DNA of 61,659 bases, filler included, from 9 parts of 9 records of this genome joined end to end with filler, not necessarily neighbours in it, one strand, 5' to 3'. Numbered from the whole stretch's first letter, positions 10,901 to 22,234 are shown. Notes: generated by a model from the letters alone, not told the origin. Numbers and translations: made by a program.

Positions 10901-11576
10901 AATTTTTATAAAAAGTGTATGGAAAACCCAGAATGCCAACTGCTGTTCCCAAATTCCCGCTGTGTGTACCAAAAGATTCTATCGGGTGATAACCGGCAAC
11001 TACTACTGTTTTGTTTTTATTTCTACGCAAAGCATCTTGTAGCCATATAAATACATCTTTATCTTCCTCAATTCCGCATTTACCGTAGCGCGTGTCTTGT
11101 GTTGTAAGCCACCAGTAAGTGTCTATTAATATTACTGTTAGCTGGTCGTTAATTTCAACTTCAGTGGGGCCGGGACAGCCCCAATCGCTTGTGTAAACTT
11201 CGTTATCCTCATATTTTTTATGAAGCGCTTTAATAACTTTTTTTGTATTCTTTTTGCCGGTTCCCCATTCATTAATTCCCATTGTAAATAACAAGGGTAC
11301 ATCTTTTTCGAACTCATTCGGCACAAAAGAGAATTTCATTTTTTCATCTTCTATTCTCTGATTCGAAAAATTACCAAGCAAAACAAAAGAATACGGATGA
11401 TTTATATTGGTTAATTCTGCGATAAATTTTTGCTGTTCATCTGAATTCCCGGCTGCAATATTCCCCGCCAGAAATAAGCTTGTTTTTATGGGGCTTTGCG
11501 CATTTACCAGAAATAAGGTTGAAATTAACGCGAATCCCAGAGCTATAACGCGATAAAATAAAATGGAAATTTTCAT
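7966..11576 (-). CDS. ~1200-aa secreted fusion: degenerate calcineurin-like phosphoesterase + atypical kinase-like domain + Omp85/BamA-type barrel; 1-nt frameshift near 10090
   Basis: ORFs 10041-11576 and 7966-10089 join at EQYHK/DMQSGLFLYEERP; signal peptide; GCPGP..IDT.WW..HP region; GGGQQT, DWDRH, DRDQ; NLRGF, DIGRVW, GYGAG and terminal Phe of Omp85-type barrels. Confidence 0.8.
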
Positions 11577-11705
11577 GCGGTTGGCTATTTTTAGTCAAAA
11601 GTAGTTATTTTTATCATCAACAATTTTTAGTTATTTATGTTTTGAATACTTTCTTTAACATATTTTCATGGCTATTTTGCAGTTATAAAGAAAAAATCTT
11701 CAAGA

Positions 11706-12866
11706 ATGGATATTGTAAGAGAAGTTGAGAATTTCACTATAAAATATTATGAAGAGAATGTTTCTTCATTGTTGTTCTATCATTCGATAGAGCATACCCG
11801 ACTGGTGGCTAGTGTTTCTGCAACAATTGCCGAGGCTGAAGGATTAGACGAACGTAACAGCCAAATTGTTGTAATTGCTGCCTGGTTTCACGATATAGGT
11901 CATGCTGTGTCGTTGAACGATCACGAAACCGAAAGTTGTAAAATTGCCCGCGAATTTCTTTCAGAAAAGAAAATAGCTGAAGATTTTATTAAGGAGGTTG
12001 AGAAATGTATCTGTGCAACAAAAATGGGAGCAGTAAGAGAAACCCTGAATGAAAAGATAATTTGTGATGCCGACCATGCCCACACCGGGATGGAAAACTT
12101 TATGGAAATTTCGAACCTGCTACGTAAGGAAATGTGCAATTTCGTTGAACGTAAATGTTCGAAGATTGACTACTGGCGGCAGACACTTGACTTTATGAAT
12201 GGAGTGAAATTTCTTACAAACTATGGTAAAGAAAATTTGGAACCAGTAAAAAAAGCTAACATTAAAAAGGTGGAAAAACGAATTAAAAAGCTTAGTGCAG
12301 GTGAGAAAGCGGCAGCTCCCAAAAAGCCTGTAAAAAATACTGCACGCGGTATTGAAACAATGTTTCGTTTAACTGCCCGTAACCAAATTAACCTAAGTTC
12401 GATTGCCGATAATAAAGCAAATATTATGCTCACCATTAATGCTGTAATTGTATCGGTATTAATGAGTACAAGCGCCTTTACTTTGGGCGGAGGTGTGAAA
12501 TTGTTTCTGATTCCCGGATTGATATTAATTATTGGATGTTTGATTTCGCTGATTTTTTCTATCCTTTCGGTAATTCCGAAATATGGAACAGGAAATTATC
12601 GCGAAGAAGATGTTAAGAATAAAAGTCTAAATTTATTATTCTTTGGGAATATTTTTAAAATGCCCTACGAAACTTATGAAAGTGGAATAAAGGAAATGAT
12701 GGATGATTACGATTATTTGTATGGAACGCTTACCAAAGACCAGTATAACCTTGGAAAAGTATTAGCCAAGAAATATAAATTGTTGAGCTATTCTTACAAT
12801 TCCTTTATGTTTAGTTTTGTTGCAGCAGTTTTGGCATTTTTGGTGATATACTTGATTAAAATGTAG
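11706..12866 (+). CDS. HD-domain phosphohydrolase fused to Pycsar transmembrane effector domain (PycTM/DUF5706)
   Basis: YHSIEHT, AWFHDIG, HE, CDAD HD motifs; C-terminal ADNKANIML, two TM helices, LLFFGNI, LGKVLAKKYKLL, final TM. Confidence 0.88.
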   Translation: MDIVREVENFTIKYYEENVSSLLFYHSIEHTRLVASVSATIAEAEGLDERNSQIVVIAAWFHDIGHAVSLNDHETESCKIAREFLSEKKIAEDFIKEVEKCICATKMGAVRETLNEKIICDADHAHTGMENFMEISNLLRKEMCNFVERKCSKIDYWRQTLDFMNGVKFLTNYGKENLEPVKKANIKKVEKRIKKLSAGEKAAAPKKPVKNTARGIETMFRLTARNQINLSSIADNKANIMLTINAVIVSVLMSTSAFTLGGGVKLFLIPGLILIIGCLISLIFSILSVIPKYGTGNYREEDVKNKSLNLLFFGNIFKMPYETYESGIKEMMDDYDYLYGTLTKDQYNLGKVLAKKYKLLSYSYNSFMFSFVAAVLAFLVIYLIKM

Positions 12867-12878
12867 AGAATAATTATA

Positions 12879-14000
12879 GTGGCCAAACTAACCAGAACAT
12901 ATAAAAGTGCAATGGTTAAATACCAGCTTACTTTGCTGGTTTTTAGTTTAATCTATTGGAATGTAGTAATTCGTATAGCCATATTTTTGCGATTGCTTGG
13001 TGCCCGCGATCACCACATGCCCGATATGTTGACAAAGGGAATGAGTTTTTTAGTAGAAGAAATTGTTCTTTCATCGGTAATCATTTCCTTGTTTGCCACG
13101 TTAACTTGGTTTACACTTAATTTTGCTTATCCACGACTACTACAACGTTTAAAAATGCGTCGTCTGGCTATCGGCGTTGTTGTTATGGATATTTTAGTCT
13201 TTTTGGTAATAAGTGTTTTGCTGGGCGTGGTTCATTATAGTGTTGACAAGAGTTTAAGTTTGGGGGAGGCAGTAGCACAGTTGCCTTCTTTTTTATTAAA
13301 CTCTACTATTTTGTTTTTTCTGATTGTATTATTTATTGGCGGGTACGTTTATCAATTAACTAATACATTATTTCACCAAATTGGCTACATTCCATTGGGT
13401 AGGGTAATGATGGGGTATTATCAGAAACCCCGCGAAGAAGAATTGATATTTATGTTCCTTGATTTACAATCGTCGACCAGTTTTGCCGAAAAGCTTGGGC
13501 ACGAAAAATACAGCTATTTTATTCAGGATTGTTTTAAATGTGTTTCAAATTCGTTGCTGGCTACAAATGGGCGTGTATATCAGTTTGTGGGCGATGAAGT
13601 GGTAGTAATCTGGGATGCGAAAAAGAAAACGTGCTATAAAAGAGCCGTCGACTTTTTTTACTTTTACGAAGAATCTTTATCTAAACGTCGCGACTATTTC
13701 GAGGAAGAGTACGGTTTAATGCCGGTATTTACTGCATCAATTAATGTGGGAAAAGTAATGGCTGCCGAAGTTGGCGAAATTAAACGCGAGTTGGCATTTC
13801 ATGGCGATGTGTTAAATACTGCTGCACGCATACAAAAACAGTGTAAGCGTTATAAGAAACAGATTCTGGTAACACCCGAATTCGGACGAAGACTGGTAAA
13901 GAATACCAAAGACTACAGAGTAAAATATGTAGACTTTGTGAAATTCTTTGGCAAACACGAATCAGTAAAAATTTACGAGGTTTTCGAATCAAAGAAATAG
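12879..14000 (+). CDS. membrane-anchored class III nucleotide (adenylate/guanylate-type) cyclase
   Basis: About four N-terminal TM segments; FLDLQSST, QFVGDE, HGDVLNTAARIQ. Confidence 0.9.
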   Translation: MAKLTRTYKSAMVKYQLTLLVFSLIYWNVVIRIAIFLRLLGARDHHMPDMLTKGMSFLVEEIVLSSVIISLFATLTWFTLNFAYPRLLQRLKMRRLAIGVVVMDILVFLVISVLLGVVHYSVDKSLSLGEAVAQLPSFLLNSTILFFLIVLFIGGYVYQLTNTLFHQIGYIPLGRVMMGYYQKPREEELIFMFLDLQSSTSFAEKLGHEKYSYFIQDCFKCVSNSLLATNGRVYQFVGDEVVVIWDAKKKTCYKRAVDFFYFYEESLSKRRDYFEEEYGLMPVFTASINVGKVMAAEVGEIKRELAFHGDVLNTAARIQKQCKRYKKQILVTPEFGRRLVKNTKDYRVKYVDFVKFFGKHESVKIYEVFESKK

Positions 14001-14327
14001 CTACATCTCAATTGTTTTTAAATATCTCATACTCAGATAAATTTATTCACGACTTTATACTATTTTATAAAATCCAGTAGGGATGAAGTTTTGGTAGTCC
14101 CGGGATAAAAGTTAATTGACGGGAAAGGCGCAATTGCATCCCACATTCAGGTCGCTATATTTCCATGCGCCGCAATCTAATGGTTGCTTATCTTGTTTTG
14201 AAAATTCTATGCATCTATTGTGTCTATTTGGTTTTTGGGGCAATACAAAGGACACAGTAATAAACGCTAAGGAGTTCTAAACTCCTAAGCGCTATCAGCG
14301 TTACTTTCTTCCAACTTCGGGCACTTC

Positions 14328-14779
14328 CTACACATCAAACTCTTTATGCGAAAGTTGAAGTCCTTCGGCATTCTCTAATTTTGGCAAAAGCGTATCTTTT
14401 TTCTTCTGAAAACGTTGCATTCTGCGTAAAATCTTATCCAGCATTTTTACTGCTTTGGTAATGTAGAAACCTTTATTCAGCATCACGCATTCGGCACGGT
14501 TTGCCATGGCGGCATCGGTAATCTCGGCACGCGACGGCACACCTTTTTTAGCCAGATTCTCTAAAACTTGTGTTGCCCAAACATCAGGAATGTGGGCTGC
14601 TTCGCAAATCCGCAATATTTCTTATATGGATGGACGCAAAGTTTTTCCAGCCGGTTTCAATGGCCAAATCACCACGGGCAATCATAACGCCAATGGGATA
14701 GGTTTGCATGCCTTTCAATAAAATAAGCGGTAGGTTTTTGAATCCTTTTTGGGTTTCAATTTTAAAAATAATTCCGGTT
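14328..14779 (-). CDS. pyk: pyruvate kinase, C-terminal part (5' cut by linker, frameshifted)
   Basis: [43 protein letters not shown]. Confidence 0.85.
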
Positions 14780-14879
14780 NNNNNNNNNNNNNNNNNNNNN
14801 NNNNNNNNNNNNNNNNNNNNNNNTTAATTAATTAANNNNNNNNNNNNNNNNNNNNNNNNNNNNNNNNNNNNNNNNNNNN
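14780..14879. other. artificial contig linker
   Basis: 44 N + TTAATTAATTAA + 44 N. Confidence 0.99.
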
Positions 14880-14891
14880 GGAGAAAACAAG

Positions 14892-15611
14892 ATGAAAAAG
14901 ATAGTATTAATATTGAGTTTTGTGATGCTTAATGTTGTTGGATACTCAAAGGGGTTAAATATTAAGTTAGGTTCAACTTTTTTAGAAACAATAAAAGCTG
15001 AAGTAGATGGTGAATTAAATGGAGATAGTTACTTTGATGAAGATTATATAAGTGGAAATAAAGATTACTCATTAGAATTGACATATGAATTTCAATATAA
15101 AGAAAATATTGACCTTGGGTTTGGTTATAGTACTGGTTCAGGAGATACAATTTTCGTTGATACAAAGTATTATATAAAACCAGAAGGTGATATGAAGAGA
15201 TATTATATTGCTAAAATAGGATTAATTTACAGTGATAGTATGGAGAAGTATCTGGAAACAGAAAATGAAACATTTGAAGAAGATTGGAAGAGTGAAAACT
15301 TTTATTATCTAGCTTTTGCTGGCGGAATTGAAAAAAATAATAAAACTCTTGAGCTAGGTTTCGAGGTATTAAAAGGTAAAATGGACTTTGAAGATGGTGA
15401 TACAAAGCTTGAAGCAGATATTTTGATACCCAGACTAAGTATTCAGTTTGGTTACAGATTTGATCTTGGAAAGTTAAAAACGATTAAATTAAAAAAAGAG
15501 AATTCTAAAGAAGATCAAATTGAAATAGAAGAAAATAAAGAAGAAAAAAGTGAAGTAAAAGAAAGTGAAGTAAAAGAAAGTGAAGTAGAAATTATAGAAG
15601 AAGCTAAATAG
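14892..15611 (+). CDS. small outer-membrane beta-barrel protein with acidic C-terminal tail
   Basis: Signal peptide, alternating aromatic strands ending QFGYRF, then a Glu/Lys-rich tail. Confidence 0.6.
   Translation: MKKIVLILSFVMLNVVGYSKGLNIKLGSTFLETIKAEVDGELNGDSYFDEDYISGNKDYSLELTYEFQYKENIDLGFGYSTGSGDTIFVDTKYYIKPEGDMKRYYIAKIGLIYSDSMEKYLETENETFEEDWKSENFYYLAFAGGIEKNNKTLELGFEVLKGKMDFEDGDTKLEADILIPRLSIQFGYRFDLGKLKTIKLKKENSKEDQIEIEENKEEKSEVKESEVKESEVEIIEEAK
15547..15588 (+). repeat. 15-bp coding tandem repeat AAAGTGAAGTAAAAG (x2.8, ESEVK)
   Basis: Read directly from sequence. Confidence 0.85.
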
Positions 15612-15631
15612 AAAATAATATTATAAAATTT

Positions 15632-15673
15632 AAAAAAGACAAACCTTTGATGTAATTGAGGGTTTGTTTTTTT
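15632..15673 (+). terminator. intrinsic terminator (possibly bidirectional)
   Basis: aaaaaagacaaacct...gggtttgttttttt downstream of the stop. Confidence 0.7.
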
Positions 15674-15760
15674 AATGAAAATATAAGTTAAATTTCATAT
15701 TTTTTTCATAAATTCCTGCTAAAATTTAGGAAAATAGTATAGATTCAGGAGGTTAGAGTT

Positions 15761-17524
15761 GTGAAGATAGAGAAGTTGATAGTTTTGATTTTGCTATTAA
15801 GCATTTTGAGCTGTGGTAGTGATAGTAGTAGCTCTTCTTCTTTATCCAGTAGTAGCTCGTCAGTAGTCGTAACAGAGATTGATTCAGATGGATCAAAGAG
15901 TGTAAGTGATGAATCAGATGATGTTATTAGTGTGGATATGGATAGTGATTTGGACTATAAAGTTGTCGAAATAACTCATGATGGATCAAGTGAGCTAAAC
16001 TTAGCAATAACAACATCAGAAGAAAGAGATATTTATTTTATTTTTAGTAATATTAATAAAAGTTCAGGAGAGTACACACCTGATATATCAGATAGTATTG
16101 ATTCAAATGATGATAATAGTGGAGATTCAAAGGAGACTCCTGAACTAAGTGATGAACATCTAAGAGTAAAGGATAAAGAGAAAGTATTTGAGTTTAATGA
16201 GAACCCTTTTGATTTTGTTTCAAATGAACCTTTGAATAGAAGTCTGGTTAGTTATTCGACAACAGAGACATCATATTCTGAAGGAGACACATTGGATTTC
16301 AATGATGCTGATAAAAATGAGATACCAGCAACACTTAGAAAAATAGTGAATACAGATAATGCAAATTTATATATATGGGTGGAAGACGATTCGTGGACAG
16401 ATAATGATGGAGATGTAACTCAAACAATGGTTGACGGGTTATCTGATAAATTTTTACTAGATGGTTCAAATAACGATATTTATGATTGGGTTACCAATGT
16501 AGTGGGAGAACAATGGGGAGAGCATAATTATTCAACCTTAATAGATGATACAGACGACATTCATATATTGATAATGGATATCGATAGCGACGGAACATCA
16601 GGTGGTGTATTAGGATATTATTTCTCTAGAGACAATATTTTAAATGAGTACTTTGACTATAGTGATACTTATGGTGATTCAAATGAAAAAATTATGTTCT
16701 ATATAGATTCGGCATTTTTAGCAACTTCCGAAGGAAGTAGCTGGGATATAACAGATGAATATCCCCAAGAGATTGTTTCAACATTGGCGCATGAATTTCA
16801 GCATATGATTAACTTTTATCAAAAGACAGTTAAGAATGAACTTGATAGCTCATGTGAAACCTGGCTAAATGAATTATGTTCAATGGCAATAGAAGATTTA
16901 GTTGCAAATAAAATAGAAGCTGATGGGCCTAGAGGAGTAGATTATGACGATGGTACAGCTGGTTCTGAGGATAATACGTCTGGTAGATTACCACTTTATA
17001 ACTATTATAATGAAATATCTCTGACTAATTGGCAAAGTAATACAAAAAATTATGCGATTAACTATGCTTTTGGAGCCTATTTAATTAGAAATTTTGGAGG
17101 TGCAGAGTTTTTACAGGCTCTTGTTCAAAATGATGAAGTAGGTTATCAGGCTGTAACAGATGCTTTGTCAGAATTAGGCTATTCAGATTATGACTTTGAT
17201 TCAGTTTTTAGAAGGTTTGCCGCTGCAAATCTATTATCTGAATTTGAAGATACAGTGGATACAATGAACTTTAATAATGGTGGGTGGTTTACTTCAACGG
17301 AGGGAGACACAACATATAAATTGGGATCAATAAACCTGTATAATTATTTATTTGAATCAGGAGGAACAAGTAACTCTGGCCCATATATCTATGAAACACT
17401 TCCACAAAACTTAAACTCAACATCAAACCTCTATTATCAGGCTGGAGAGGATGTAAATGGAGTTGAAAGCTTTACACTAGATGAGCTAGATAGCAATGTT
17501 CAAGTAACGGTTCTAATAAAATGA
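15761..17524 (+). CDS. M30 (hyicolysin-like) zinc metallopeptidase lipoprotein
   Basis: Lipobox ILSC, poly-Ser linker, GYYF, TLAHEFQHMINF, WLNE. Confidence 0.85.
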   Translation: MKIEKLIVLILLLSILSCGSDSSSSSSLSSSSSSVVVTEIDSDGSKSVSDESDDVISVDMDSDLDYKVVEITHDGSSELNLAITTSEERDIYFIFSNINKSSGEYTPDISDSIDSNDDNSGDSKETPELSDEHLRVKDKEKVFEFNENPFDFVSNEPLNRSLVSYSTTETSYSEGDTLDFNDADKNEIPATLRKIVNTDNANLYIWVEDDSWTDNDGDVTQTMVDGLSDKFLLDGSNNDIYDWVTNVVGEQWGEHNYSTLIDDTDDIHILIMDIDSDGTSGGVLGYYFSRDNILNEYFDYSDTYGDSNEKIMFYIDSAFLATSEGSSWDITDEYPQEIVSTLAHEFQHMINFYQKTVKNELDSSCETWLNELCSMAIEDLVANKIEADGPRGVDYDDGTAGSEDNTSGRLPLYNYYNEISLTNWQSNTKNYAINYAFGAYLIRNFGGAEFLQALVQNDEVGYQAVTDALSELGYSDYDFDSVFRRFAAANLLSEFEDTVDTMNFNNGGWFTSTEGDTTYKLGSINLYNYLFESGGTSNSGPYIYETLPQNLNSTSNLYYQAGEDVNGVESFTLDELDSNVQVTVLIK

Positions 17525-17559
17525 TTAGCTAGTTAATTTAATAAATAAAGATGAAATAG

Positions 17560-17600
17560 AAAAAACTCCACTTATATAATATTACAAGTGGAGTTTTTTT
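17560..17600 (+). terminator. intrinsic terminator
   Basis: aaaaaactccactt...aagtggagttttttt. Confidence 0.8.
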
Positions 17601-17789
17601 AGATAATTACAAAAAAATTTCACCAAAAATTTAAATATACTATATAAAGACCTTTGAGTGATGTTTTCTTTGTATTTCGGTAAAATCGAGCGACAATTGC
17701 ATGAACTTAGCATATGAAAAGTTGACTATTTTCAATTGTTCAGGTAATATTTTAGTAACAGTTAGGAGATCAAAACAAAAGATGGAGGA

Positions 17790-19967
17790 TTGAAAATGTT
17801 AAAGTCGCTGTCAGGTAAGATTGTAAGTCTTGTTTTATTTATAACAATATTCATTTATGCTGTTATCGTATTTAGTGTAATACGTGTAAATACAAAAGAG
17901 ATATTAACGAAACAAACCGCAATGAATGAAAAAGAGGCAAAAAAAGCAATATCATCTATTGCAAATATGCAAGAGAGTTTAACTCAGATGAAACAAGAGA
18001 AGCAAGCGGTTGTAGAAAAAAGGTTAAGTGAACATACGGAAAATGCAATAAGTATCATGAAGGGATATTATGCAAGATATCAAGCAGGAGAATTTTCTGA
18101 AGAGAAAGCCAAAGAGGAAGCTAAAAAAGCTATAGGTTCACTTAGATATGGTAATAGCGGATACTTCTGGATTGATAATGAAGAGTATATTTTAATATTG
18201 CTACCACCTGCACCACAAAAAGAGGGGATGTACAGAGCAGATCTAAAAGACGTTAACGGAAAAAGAATGGTTAAAGAGTTTGTTGATTTAGCTATTAAAA
18301 ATGGAACTGCTTTTGTTACTTATTGGTTTCCAAAACCAGGTGAAACTAAACCATCACCAAAGCTCGGTAGAACAGAATATTTTAAAGAGTGGGGATGGAT
18401 AGTTGGTACTGGAGAGTATATTGATAATATTGATAAAGAGATAGCTGTTATGGAGGAAGTTCAAAGAGAAATTTTGAATAAAACTCTTTATGCTGATTCT
18501 GATGATGAAGCTTATAGCTTGATTGTTAATAGAGATGGATTGGTTATCGCACATCCAGATCAAAGTTTGGTAGGAAAAACAATTGAGATAAAAGATATAA
18601 AAACAAATGAAGATTTAATAGAGAAATATTATGCTCAAAAAAGCGGAGTTGTTGAATATTATTATACTAGAAATGGAAGTGGAGAGCATAAAAAAATCGG
18701 ATATATTGAGATAGATGAAAAAACCGACTGGCTTGTTTTGTATACTGCACACAAATCAGATTTGATGATGGGAGTAAAAAAATCAACACAAACAATCTTT
18801 ATTATTTCGCTAATAGGATTAATTATCTCTGGAATTTTAATTAAATTAGTAGTAGATATGATGTTAAAAAGAGTTAAACTTATTACTAAGAGAATTAATG
18901 GTTTAGCTGAAGGGGATTTCACGGAAAAATTAGAGCTTAAAGGTGAAGATGAACTTGGGGAGATAGCTTCATCACTTAATAACAAAATAGCTAAAGTTAG
19001 TGGTATTATTTCAAGAGTAGTAGATGTTACTGGAGAAGTTGTAGGTGGTAATACGGAGCTTTCATCTGCAATGGCAAATATTGTACAAGGTAGATCAGCA
19101 GGTATTGGAGATTTAGACGAAGGAATCCATCAACTGAAGGATTATATGAGTGAGATTATGGATAGTGTTCGTAATCAAACTGCAAGCTCAGAAGAGTCAT
19201 TGGCTGGACTTGAGCAGATTACTGCAACTGCAAAAAATATTGGGACAACTACTGATGAAGCTCTTGGGGATTCACAAGAGTCGGTATCGAATGCCAATGT
19301 AGGAATAGAGAATATTAATAAAATGGAGAGTAGTATCTCAACTATCAACTCAAGTGTAAACAATGCTAATGAGAAAATAGATAAGTTAAGTTTACTTTCG
19401 AAAAATATCGGTGAGATATTGGAAGCAATAAATAATCTATCAGATCAAACTAATCTGTTAGCGCTAAATGCAGCCATAGAAGCAGCTAGAGCTGGAGACG
19501 CAGGGAGAGGGTTTGCAGTAGTTGCAGAAGAGATTAGAAAATTAGCCGAGAGAACAAATGATGAAACAGAAAAAATAGAGAACGTGATTACAGATATACA
19601 AAATGAAGTAACTCAAGTGAAAGATGCAAATAGTGAAGTAACAAAAAATGTAAATGAAGGATTAGAAATAACTGTAGAGGTTAAATCTGCCATGAGTTCA
19701 GTTGTAGGTTCAATTAAAAGAAATGATGATAATATTAAGTCAATAGCTGAATCAATAAGGGAGCAGATTATCGCTTCTGCTGAAATAACAGAGGCAGTTT
19801 CAACTATTGCTGACAGCTCAACTACTATAGAGGACAAGACATCAAATACTTATGAAAGTATTGAAAAGATGTCGAAGATTTTAGAAGAAAAACTTACAGA
19901 TGTTGATAGAATATCTGGTCAGGTTGAACAACTTAAACAAGATGTTGGTTTCTTTAAAATAAAATAG
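17790..19967 (+). CDS. methyl-accepting chemotaxis protein with Cache sensor domains and HAMP
   Basis: Two TMs, LRYG..GYFWI and [14 protein letters not shown] Cache motifs, [35 protein letters not shown]. Confidence 0.95.
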   Translation: MKMLKSLSGKIVSLVLFITIFIYAVIVFSVIRVNTKEILTKQTAMNEKEAKKAISSIANMQESLTQMKQEKQAVVEKRLSEHTENAISIMKGYYARYQAGEFSEEKAKEEAKKAIGSLRYGNSGYFWIDNEEYILILLPPAPQKEGMYRADLKDVNGKRMVKEFVDLAIKNGTAFVTYWFPKPGETKPSPKLGRTEYFKEWGWIVGTGEYIDNIDKEIAVMEEVQREILNKTLYADSDDEAYSLIVNRDGLVIAHPDQSLVGKTIEIKDIKTNEDLIEKYYAQKSGVVEYYYTRNGSGEHKKIGYIEIDEKTDWLVLYTAHKSDLMMGVKKSTQTIFIISLIGLIISGILIKLVVDMMLKRVKLITKRINGLAEGDFTEKLELKGEDELGEIASSLNNKIAKVSGIISRVVDVTGEVVGGNTELSSAMANIVQGRSAGIGDLDEGIHQLKDYMSEIMDSVRNQTASSEESLAGLEQITATAKNIGTTTDEALGDSQESVSNANVGIENINKMESSISTINSSVNNANEKIDKLSLLSKNIGEILEAINNLSDQTNLLALNAAIEAARAGDAGRGFAVVAEEIRKLAERTNDETEKIENVITDIQNEVTQVKDANSEVTKNVNEGLEITVEVKSAMSSVVGSIKRNDDNIKSIAESIREQIIASAEITEAVSTIADSSTTIEDKTSNTYESIEKMSKILEEKLTDVDRISGQVEQLKQDVGFFKIK

Positions 19968-20307
19968 TAATTATATAAAGTTAAGAGGATGACCGAAAAG
20001 TACTTATTTAATCAAAAATAAACTTTTCGGCCATCTGCTTTTTATATGATGATATAAATACAACAAAAAGGTAATCAATTTTGGAATTAGTGGGAAACGT
20101 TAGAGAACACTAGTGATTTTTCAATTTAAACATTTTAATTCAAATTAATAAATAGTAACATATTGATTTGAATAGAAGTTAAGAGGAAAAAAGCAAACAG
20201 TAAAATTGTTTAAATGTTGAATAGAGAAAGTTATTTTTTTGCAAAATTATATAAAATCTGGTAATATTATATAAGGGTTTAGAGGCATAAGGGAGGAAAC
20301 TTGAAAC

Positions 20308-22178
20308 ATGAAGCTGTACAATAGGATTATCATCTCGAGAATACTTTTTACGATTATCAGTTTTACAGTATTTATTTTATATTTCAACTTTTTTGTAATG
20401 TCGTCGTTTAAAAAACTAGAGGATGATTTTGCACTAAAAAGAGTTAAAGAGATTGAAGAAACTGTAAATGAAAAAGTAGAAGATTTGTATTCGCTGAATA
20501 CGGATTGGGCTATTTGGAGCGACAGTTATCATTTTATGGAAAATCAAAATAAAGAGTATATCCACTCTAATTTGGCTGATGGAGCTTTTTTAACTAGCGG
20601 AGCAGATATGATTCTCTTTATTAATAATAGAAATGAAATTATTTACAAAAATTATTATGACAAAGAAAATGAAATTGAACAAGAGATACCAGGTTTACTA
20701 ATTCCAAGGTTGAAGAATATTGAAATTCCTCTAGGAGCATCAGGAGCATCAGGAATACTTATCTTTAATTCAGGGGCCTTAATCGTTGCTAGGCACAAAA
20801 TTATTGATGAAGTCGATACAAAGGAGTCAAATGGAAGTTTGATTTTTGCCAGTTTTATTAAAGATGATTTCATGGATGAATTAGGAGCGATCTTAGATAA
20901 TAAATTATATCATTATGTGATTATGAACACAGAGGAGATACCTCAACCAGTTATTAAGAAAAAAAGAGTTTGGCTTTAACAGTTAAATTTAACGGTATTT
21001 TAGGAGAGAAAAGTTATGTACTAACAACAGAAATACCTAGATCAATATTTACATTGGGCAAAAATACTGTTAATAGAATAATTTTATTACTTCTATTAGT
21101 AATGCTGACAAGTATAATGTTAAGCTCTTATTTGTTAAGAGAGTCAGTTATTAAAAGTATTAATAATTTGTTAGGTGAAATAAAAGAGATATCACTTAAA
21201 ATGGAAAAAAGCGAACAGTTAAGTGTAGATGGAACTCATGAATTCTCAGAGCTTAAAAGTAGTATTAATTCTATGCTATATAATCTGAAGGAGGCGAAAG
21301 AGGATATTAGGCGCCGAGAGGAGAAGTATAGAACTCTCTATGAAGAATCAGCAGCACTTCATATGGTGTTAGATGATAACAGTATTATGATAGATATTAA
21401 TAATGCAATGTGTAAATTTTTAGAGCTTAACAAAGAAGAAATACTTGGGAAAAGCATATATGATTTTGTAGAAGAGGGAGAAAAGGAGTGGCTTGAAGAG
21501 TTTATCAGTAATGTATTCGTTGGAGTACCAAATGAGAATATAGATATTGTTTTCTCCATTGACTCTAAAACGAAAATTCTTCACCTTTATCCAAACTGCC
21601 TATTTTTAAGTGAGGATCAGGATCAGTTCAGCATATTGATTACTGGTTCAGATGTAACAGAAAGATTTGAGATGAATAAAAAGCTCGAAGAGTTAGCTAC
21701 ATTTGACCCTATGACGGGAGCTTATAATAGAAGAGTTGGTCTTCAAATGCTTGAGAAGAGAACGAAGCATTCAAAAAGATATGGAAATAAGCTGTCTATA
21801 TGCTTTATAGATGTAAATGGGCTTAAAAGGGTAAATGATACATTTGGTCATAATGAAGGAGATACTCTTATTAAAACATCTGTAGAGGTTTTATTGGATA
21901 TAACTAGGGATTCGGACATAGTTATACGACTAGGCGGCGATGAGTTCTTAGTTATTTTACCTAATTGTTCTTTTGAAGAAGCTGAAGAAGTATGGCGAAG
22001 AGTTAGCCTCGTCCTTGATGATATAAATGAGTATAAAGAAGATTATGATATAAGTATGAGTCATGGAATAGTTCAGTACGAGCCTGATAAAGAGTGGACA
22101 GTTGACGAATTCGTAGAGATAGCTGATAAAAAAATGTACGAAGAAAAAGTCAGATCGAAGCAGGCAAGGTTTATTTAA
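20308..22178 (+). CDS. CHASE4-HAMP-PAS-GGDEF diguanylate cyclase; frameshift in the A-run near 20960
   Basis: DWAIWSDSY (CHASE4), PAS, DPMTGAYNRR, NDTFGHNEGD, RDSD I-site, intact GGDEF. Confidence 0.9.
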
Positions 22179-22203
22179 TATTAAATATAGAGTGAATATA
22201 GTT

Positions 22204-22234
22204 AGAGTTTGGCAAAAGCCAAACTCTTTTTTTT
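22204..22234 (+). terminator. intrinsic terminator
   Basis: agagtttggc-aaaa-gccaaactct followed by a T-run. Confidence 0.85.
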
